Assembly (NCBI GenBank): GCA_023231475.1
Contig: JALJEE010002723.1
Location: forward strand, 1 to 60,571
From: Seison nebaliae
Lineage: Eukaryota
Direction of reading: 5' to 3'
DNA length: 60,571 nucleotides
The notes under the pieces were generated by a model. That model saw nothing but the letters and a program-made list of their open reading frames with translations, did no database searches and had not been told where the DNA came from. A program made the position numbers and the translations under genes. This document shows, piece by piece, positions 52,501 to 60,571 of the stretch (position 1 is its first letter; every line of letters begins with the position of its first letter).

Positions 52501-55500
52501 TCGATGAAAGATACTTCACCACATCAACATTTACAAAAATTGCAACAAAATCAACCATTAATTTCCACGTTTGGTAGTAATGCTGCTGAGAATGCTTATC
52601 ATGCCGTTTTAAAAGAACAAGAGATGCAAAGACAACAACAATTGGCTATGCAATTAGCTTGGCAACAACAATTGGAAGAAGAAGAACGTCAAAGAAAAAT
52701 AGCTGCACAACGACCAACAGGAGCCTTAGCTATTGCCGGTGGATTTTTAGGAGGTGCTATGGCAAGTATGAAAGCTGCAATGACAAACACTACTCCAACT
52801 ACTACTTCAGCCAATACTATGTTGTCTCAACAACAACAACAACCCCAACAATCTACCGTACATGATTTGAAAGCGACAACTCCAAATATAAATGCGAAAG
52901 TTGATTTAGATTATATTCCGGGATTAGATGATGAAGATGAAGTAGATGAAATAATGTTTCCTGATGAAAATGAAGAATTGGAAGCACAAAGAAAGAAACA
53001 AGAATTGGAGAATAAAACTAAAAAGAAGAAGAATGATGAAGAGAAATGTGAAGAAAAGAAAACACGACGACCTCCTCCAATCAATCCTTATTCATCTATG
53101 TTCGTTTTTAGTGAAACGAATCCAATAAGACGTCTTTGTCATTCATTAGTAACGATGAGATATTTTGAAATGGTCATCATGTTTGTAATTTGTGCAAGTT
53201 CAATTACACTGGCAGCCGAAGATCCAGTAGATCCGGAATCGTTAAGGAATACCGTTCTCAATTATTTCGATTATGGATTTACTGCTGTCTTCACTTTTGA
53301 ATTATTGCTAAAAATTATAGATTTGGGTGTTGTACTTCATCCACATTCATTTTGTCGTGATATCTGGAATATTATTGATGCCACCGTTGTATTATGTGCT
53401 ATCGTAGCATTCTTCTTTGTGGGTGATACGGAAGGTGGAGCAGGTAAAAATTTGAATACGATTAAATCATTCCGCGTTCTTCGGGTACTTCGTCCACTTA
53501 AAACAATTAAACGTGTTCCGAAACTCAAAGCCGTTTTCGATTGTGTTGTCAATTCGATAAAGAATGTATTGAATATTCTTATAGTGTATCTACTTTTCCA
53601 ATTCATATTCGCTGTCATTGGAGTGCAATTGTTTAATGGAAAATTCTTTTATTGTACCGATCAATCAAAATCGACAGAAGTGCAATGTCAAGGATATTTT
53701 TTTGAATATCAAGACCACGATATCGATTCATTCCCAACGAAAAGAAAACGCGAATGGTTAAGACATTCTTTCCGTTATGACAATGTAGTAGAAGCGATGT
53801 TGACTCTATTCACTATACAAACGGGAGAAGGATGGCCAAAAGTTTTACAGAATTCCATGGATTCGACTGTCGCTGATCATGGTCCCGAACCCGGCAATCG
53901 CCGTATTTTAGCCATATATTACATTACTTTCTTTATTGTCTTTCCATTTTTTTTCGTTAATATTTTCGTGGCTCTCATCATTATCACATTCCAAGAACAA
54001 GGTGAACAAGATCTTATCGAAGGTGACTTGGAAAAAAATCAGGTTATACTACAATTAACGATAGATCTTTAGAATTACTTTTTTTCATTTTAGAAATCAT
54101 GTATTGATTTTGTTGTGAATGCTAGACCAGGTAAACGATATATTCCAAAAAATAAAGGTAATTTCCAATATCGAGTATGGCAATTAGTTGAATCGAACTC
54201 ATTCGATTATTTTGTGATGTTGATGATTGCTTTGAATACAATAATTCTTATGATGAAAGTTTTATTAAGTTCTTCTAATTCCTTCTTATGACTTTCCTCT
54301 GATATTGTAGTTCCACAATCAACCAGTAGAATTTCAAAATGTTTTTCGAAATTTGAACGTTTTCTTCACTACTATCTTCACAATCGAATGTATACTTAAG
54401 ATTATCGCTTATTCTCCTAAGGTTCGATTGGAAGATGTCGATACAATATTGTTGTAATACTTTTTGTAGAATTATTTCAAAGATGAATGGAATCTCTTCG
54501 ATTTCATTACTGTTGCTGGTTCGATAACAGATGTATTGGTTTCTCAATTCGGAGGGAATGTTCTTCTAATATAATTTCTTTAATTTTCATTTATATTTCT
54601 TTTGAAGGAAAATTTGAATATGGGAGCATTACGATTATTTCGTGCGGCTCGTCTCATTAAATTGTTGCGACAAGGATATACGATTCGATTGTTACTTTGG
54701 ACATTCATCCAATCTTTCAAAGTTCTCTTTCTCTTCATTTCTACATTTGGATTTTATTAAATACTGATGACAATTAGGCATTACCTTACATCTGTTTATT
54801 GATGGCAATGTTGTTCTTCATTTACGCAATTATTGGAATGCAAGTCTTTGGTAATTTAGCATTGGATGTGGATGGAAGTGCGATTAATCGACATAATAAT
54901 TTCCGGAATTTTCTAACAGCACTACTCTTACTATTTCGGTTAATCCAATTCAATTTTTTAAGTTTTTGATTAATCGTAATTTTAAATATCATAAAGATGT
55001 GCAACTGGTGAAAGTTGGCAAGCAATAATGATGTCTTGTTTAAGTGGATCTAAATGCGAACCTCTTTCCGGTCAAACTAAATGTGGGAATACATTAGCTT
55101 ATATCTATTTTTGTACTTTTATTTTTCTTTCATCTATGCTCGTTAGTTGATATTAATTGATAATAATATATTGAAATTTATTTGTAGATGTTGAATTTAT
55201 TCGTTGCTGTAATCATGGATAATTTCGATTATTTGACCAGAGATTCCTCTATCTTAGGTGCTCATCATCTCGATGAATTTATTAGAGCATGGGCTGAATA
55301 TGATCCGGCTGGGACGTTAGTCTTTAATTTCCAATGTTTAACTCTAATTCGAATGCTTAGTGGAAGGATACCTTATATTGATATGTATGAAATGTTAAGG
55401 GATATGGAACCACCAGTTGGTTTCGGTAAGAAATGTCCATATAAATTAGCGTATAAACGTTTGATACGAATGAATATGCCAATTTGTGTAGATGGAACTG

Positions 55501-57755
55501 TTTATTTCACTTCAACATTATTCGCACTGGTCAGATGTTCACTTCTGATTAAAATGCCAACATTAGCTGATAGTCGTGATCAAGCGGATAAAGAATTAAG
55601 AACTGTTATCAGGAAACTTTGGCCAGTACAAGGGGTGAAGAAACTTGATCTTTTAGTTCCACCTCATGATCATATACATGGGAAAGATAATCGAAGAGTA
55701 CTGACCGTGGGGAAGATTTATGCAGGAAAATTGATTTTAGAGAATTATCGTGCATATAAATTGAGTAAATCGAGAGGATATGAATCAAGAGGTAGACAAC
55801 CGTCAATTTTTTCACAGTTAGTTGGTGCAATGCGTTGTAATACTTCCAATTTCCCAACGGAAAACACTGGAACGCATAATACTCCGAATAATATGGGTAC
55901 GATTATTGGACCAAGTTCAGCAACTGGTGGTGGAGGTGTCGTTGTGAGTGGGGCAGGTGGAGGATTGACAGCTGGTTCACCTCATGGTTTTGTTCTTCCT
56001 GGATCTCAAATAATTAATAATCGTATGAACGAACCAGTTATTGGAAATATTCATGATCCAGCCAACGAAAGGAATTATATGCAATCACCAGATCAATTTT
56101 CAAATTGGATAGTAAATAGTCGTCGAGGAAGTATCGATAATGGACTTAATAATGTTGCACAACATTTATTTGCTCTATCTCCCACAAATTCTAGACGTGG
56201 ATCGATTTATGGAAGTGGAGGAACTTCTGGTGGAATGAAATCAGATTCACGATTGGGTTCTCTCATAAGAAAGCCATCTATGGCACTTCGACGTTCCATG
56301 AGTCCGTATGGAGGAAGAGAAGTTTTAGATAATAATGTAGTTGCTATGCCTAATGAAGGATTAGCAAATAATCAGTTACAAACCTCACAACATCATCCGA
56401 TGAATACATCTGTTGTAATGAGAACTGATACAAATAATACTTCAAAAGTAACTTCAATTCCTTTAAATGTTATTTCTACTTCATCTCAAATTCCAATGAG
56501 TCAACAGTTAGTTGAAGTTCAACAACAGCAACAACAACAACAACAACAATTATCATTTAATCAAACTCATCAACAACAAACATCACTCAATAATAATAAT
56601 AATAATAATCAGCAATCTTCTTTTATTAATCAATTTCCACATCATCAACAGCAACAACAAAGACAAGTACCACCAAATATGATAAATGAACATTTTGAAC
56701 AAATTGAACAACAACCAAATATCCTCTCAAAGCAACAACAACAACAACAGCAATGGAATTCAACAAATAGCGATTCTATTAATATTAGTGAAGCACCAAT
56801 ATTTGTAGTTAGTCCTCCTAGTCGACCTACATCACCAACAAAGAAAGCGCAATCATCAGCGATAACAATCGATTCAAAGAATCAGATGGAGACCTGTCTA
56901 ATTGATGAAATGGAAGGTCAGTTTAATACTGATATTAATCTCCAACAAATTCCAGGCAAATTAACTCAATTACAATATTCGGTCCAATCGCATAAAACAA
57001 ATATGGAAATTGATGAGTTAACTTCTCCTTCGATGGCCGGCAGACAAACCGCTCAAATTGATCCTCAATTACAATTCACACAATCTCAATTGCAATTCGG
57101 CGATAATTTATTTGAAGAGAACTATAATAATAACATTATACGTCGTCCTCCCTTACAATCTAGTCGTGCTCTCGATCGTCCGTCCATCATTCCTGATCAA
57201 CTAACTGATATTCTAAATCAACAGAATCTTTCTCAACTTCGAACTTCACATGTTATCGCATTGAATGAGACCACAGAAGATTCGATAAATTCAGAATTAA
57301 TTTCTGAGGGAAATAATTCAATTAATCAGTATGAAGATGATGAATCGACGGAAGATATCGAAGAGAATGAATACGAAGAGGAAGAAGAAGTTCAGTATGA
57401 AGACGAAGAATATGACGAAGAGGAAGAAGATGAAGAACTAGCATCTTTTGAAAATGAAGAAGAATATGAGACGTACAGCGAAGAAATTTACGAATATGAA
57501 GAAGAAGAAGGAGAAGAAGAAGAAGAAGAAGAAGAAGAAGAAGAAGAAGAAGAAGAAGAAGAAGGAGAAGAAGAAGAAGAAGGAGAAGACGAAGAAGAGG
57601 AATTCGAAGAAGAAGAAGAATTAGAAGAAATCGAAGAAGCCAATACTAATTTGAGTGGTCAGTATATCGAAGAAGAAGATGAAGATGATGACGATAATTA
57701 TGAATATTATGAAGTTGATGAAGAAGGTGACGATAATTCTTATGAAGAAAGTTAA
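49593..57755 (+). CDS. cac: Voltage-gated calcium channel alpha-1 subunit, Cav2 (P/Q/N/R type; cacophony/unc-2 class), 18 exons
   Basis: EWGPFEY, S4 [18 protein letters not shown], four pore glutamates (TMEGW, TGEDW, TGEGW, TGESW = EEEE), [21 protein letters not shown], Cav2-type [39 protein letters not shown] region [12 protein letters not shown]. 17 introns of 43-58 nt restore the conserved protein. Confidence 0.96.
57497..57630 (+). repeat. Coding (GAA)n repeat encoding the poly-Glu tract of the Cav2 C-terminus
   Basis: gaagaagaag... with occasional gga/gac interruptions. Confidence 0.9.
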
Positions 57756-57809
57756 GAAACAATTTTTGATAATTTTTTGTCATTTAAATTATTTTGGAAA
57801 ATTCCATTG

Positions 57810-58238
57810 TCAGAAATTTTCGGACACTTCTCGTCGTTTTTGTTCAATAAAATTTTTAGAGTTGTATTCCAGTTCATTGTTTTCATTCAAAAATACTTGA
57901 TTCCAAAGAAGTATTTCATCTAACAACTTACCACAAAACGGACATGTCGGTTCTTCATCTTCTTCTCTTTCCACCAGATCACCAAGACATCTCTCTAGAC
58001 AGAGTACATGCAAACAAGGTAATAACAGCCCTACTTCTTCAAATATTTCCCTACATTGAGTACATTCTTCCAACTGAATCTTGTCTGTTATTTTCTGAAT
58101 TTGGTAATATTTTCCATCATTGTCATCTTTCTTCTCACAATTCTTTTCATTCTTTTCTTGAACTACGTTCGGAAGTTGAGCTTTCTTTGCTTTCTTTTCT
58201 GGTCTGAAGTTCAATTTGATTTTTCCTCCTTTCTTCAT
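57810..58238 (-). CDS. Small C3HC4 RING-finger protein
   Basis: CTQC-x11-CLHVLCLERC-x14-CPFC RING pattern with basic N-terminus. First in-frame ATG at 58238 (the ORF track starts at GTG 58256). Confidence 0.75.
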   Translation of the reverse strand: MKKGGKIKLNFRPEKKAKKAQLPNVVQEKNEKNCEKKDDNDGKYYQIQKITDKIQLEECTQCREIFEEVGLLLPCLHVLCLERCLGDLVEREEDEEPTCPFCGKLLDEILLWNQVFLNENNELEYNSKNFIEQKRREVSENF

Positions 58239-59067
58239 CTTCTTTTCCAATAGCACTATTCACTATTACATGTATAAAATCTTTACCGATATATAAAATG
58301 ATTATATTTAATTCAACTTTAAAAACTCTTTCGAGAAAAACTAGTTTGCTATTAGAAATTATATTGGTCGATTATTAGCATGAAACCTGATTATTAATTC
58401 ACTTAACTTTATAGCTTAACAGTTGCTGTGATGTGAAAGGTAAAGTTTTATTAATATTGTACTATTGAATTCACAATATTTTTCGGATGCAATTTCTACT
58501 TTACTATTAATAATTAATTATAAGATATCATATCGTGGATTTTTTGAAATATCAAAAATTAATGTGACATATACGTAATAGGTCTAAAGATAATATAGGA
58601 GTATTCGTAGAAAATGAACAACAAGTCGGTGATTCAAGACCAGCTTTATTGATTCACCTTTATTCACGTAAATCTAATTTGTAAGAATATTGCTGAGTAA
58701 ACGAAAGATTATTCATAATTTCTTTATTGCGTTATTACTATATCTTCAGCATTTGATTAATTACTTCACCTTTAGTATAATAATATCTTTCACATCATTT
58801 TCTACCAGAAAGTTAATTTCCGTTTATCTTTTATGTGTTTTATTATACATATTGTGATAAATTAACTATATACAAGTATGTAGTACAAATATATTAAATT
58901 TTACCTTTTACCAACTTCATTCACACGCTGGAATTCTTTTTATAGTGTTTAATTGATCTGTTTTACAATAAATAATATATTTTAAGTTTTCCTCTGATTT
59001 ACTATGATTTGGTAAAATATTCCCTTGTTATTTTACTTTATCTTTTTGAAAATTTACGATAAAATCT

Positions 59068-59139
59068 TGCGTCAGTCTGTAATGGAACCCGGATCAATTG
59101 CTTGGAAGACAACCATGCTAAACTTTACACCACTGACGC
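59068..59139 (-). pseudogene. tRNA-Gly(TCC) pseudogene
   Basis: Minus strand GCGTCAG..CTGACGC acceptor stem and CT-TCC-AA anticodon loop are intact. The D-loop lacks GG, the T-loop is TTCCATT (B-box G lost) and the T-stem is mismatched. Confidence 0.8.
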
Positions 59140-60234
59140 ACGTTCTCGTATAATAATCATCTTATTTATAGTTATTTGACTGCAATATTTAAATTATTCT
59201 TTTAAATCTAACATACCTCTAACATAACATCATATATTACTCCTAAATTTTTTTATCTTGTTGTGTTATGTAATCATTGTTAGCTTGAAATATTTCGCGA
59301 TTATTCAAAGAGATTTCTAAACTACATTTTAGATAAACTAAAAATTCCAAATCGTTAAAAACCTTCTCATGAGACAGTGATTTTAACTTTATGATCTTCC
59401 ATTGTTGATAGTTTTTCCAATTGCTTCTTTAGCAATTCCTAGTTTTTCCAATTGTACAATTCCTAAGCAATTGCTTCTGGCTAACAAGTGGGAAAGTGTG
59501 TTTCATTGATTCCTCATTCATTTGTATTTCACTTAACGATTTGGGTTGTATCACCGTTCTGGTTTTTTAACGGGTATCAATGACCTTAAAATAGGGTACT
59601 GCGATGTTCCGGATAGAGTTCATAAACTTTGTCATAATGGGAAAGTTATGGAAGACTACCATATGTTTCCAACGTTTATGATATATATATATCATAGACG
59701 ATACAATAATCTGGTCCATACAATAATCTGAACATCGTTGCGGTCGATTTATCTGTATATTCCATAATATGAATATTTATTTATATTATTATAATTTTTT
59801 TACTTGGAATCCCCTGGAGGAAAAAAGAATATATAAATTGTGAACTATTTGTCTAATACGTACAAGCTCACGACCCCGTGGATAAAAACCAAATCAGATG
59901 AGTATAATCATGTTGAAAACCTCGAGCCGACGACTCGTCGAAGAAATAGACGATGAATAATCCATTTCATAATAGTTAGAAAAGAATTGAATTCATCCCA
60001 CTGTTCGAAGGTTGTAAATGGGACGTCCGAGTTATCGATACAATTTTGATGAGAGATAAATACCTCCTGAACAGCAAAAGGGGAAACGTAAATCTTAACG
60101 TAAATGTCAATATTATATATTATATTACAATTGAGAAGAGGTAGATTATAATCATATAATTCTAACTGGTTGTCTCAGAAATTCAAATTCTATATTCTTC
60201 TCTTGTTACTAGTTTGTTCTATTATTATTTTCAA

Positions 60235-60347
60235 GGCACGATGGCCGAGTGGTCTAATGCGCCAGACTCAAGATTACATCTTACATTAGACATAATGTGT
60301 ATTCTGGTCCTCAATTGAGTGCGCGGGTTCGAATCACGCTCGTGTCA
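60235..60347 (+). tRNA. tRNA-Leu(CAA) with a 29-nt canonical intron (60273-60301)
   Basis: GGCACGA/TCGTGTC acceptor, GGCCGAGTGGTCTAA A-box, CCAGA-CT-CAA-G[intron]T-TCTGG, long variable arm, GGTTCGAATC B-box; one T-stem mismatch. Confidence 0.88.
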
Positions 60348-60571
60348 AAATTTTTATTCATATTTTAGTTAACTTATCACCATTCTCTGCCAGTGAACGC
60401 CATTACTAAAATTCTAAGCATAGAGATAGAATATATACAGTAGAAACTTAAAGTAATCGGACACTTTTACGTTTTTATAAAACCGGTCATAACTTCTGTC
60501 CTATCAAGTATCTTTCGTAAAGGTGGATATCACAAAATAGCCCTATTCAAGCTCTTAAACATAGTGCAAAA

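Noticed and set aside
49593..55360. Pseudogene, frameshifting or alternative genetic code as the explanation for fragmented ORFs
   Set aside because: Every break is repaired by removing a 43-58 nt GT..AG intron, and long ORFs translate to conserved proteins with the standard code.
50254..55360. U12-type introns or introner elements as the explanation for the odd donors
   Set aside because: No RTATCCTT donor or TCCTTAAC branch motif, and the intron bodies are not similar to each other or bounded by inverted repeats.
59520..60100. Possible decayed mobile element or ncRNA between the tRNAs
   Set aside because: Slightly higher complexity, but no transposase/integrase motif or convincing structure found.

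Overview
Eukaryotic (animal) genomic DNA from a compact, very AT-rich invertebrate genome; the species cannot be fixed from sequence alone. The window holds about 15 protein-coding genes: TGF-beta type I receptor, two paralogous antimicrobial-peptide-like precursors, OLA1, an oversized beta-TrCP/slimb, HtrA2, an AKAP17A-like splicing factor, PNPLA2/ATGL, OAT, a ~2,200-aa low-complexity orphan, a DUR3-like urea transporter, an EFCAB6-like EF-hand protein, a Cav2 calcium channel, a RING protein and one weak orphan ORF. It also has tRNA-Thr(AGT), intron-containing tRNA-Leu(CAA), a tRNA-Gly(TCC) pseudogene, a LINE reverse-transcriptase relic and two repeat/MITE-like inserts. The standout signal is in the splicing code. 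Reconstructing exons by hand from protein conservation, 44 of 47 short (41-77 nt) introns in eight genes begin GTT instead of the near-universal GT-purine (GTRAGT). This includes 17 of 17 in the Cav2 gene, with +4 to +6 largely unconstrained and frequent AAG acceptors, and suggests a rewired 5' splice-site recognition system. A second highlight is a tandem pair of prepro-peptide genes with classic antimicrobial-peptide architecture that the ORF track misses. All gene models are manual and have not been checked against transcripts or databases.
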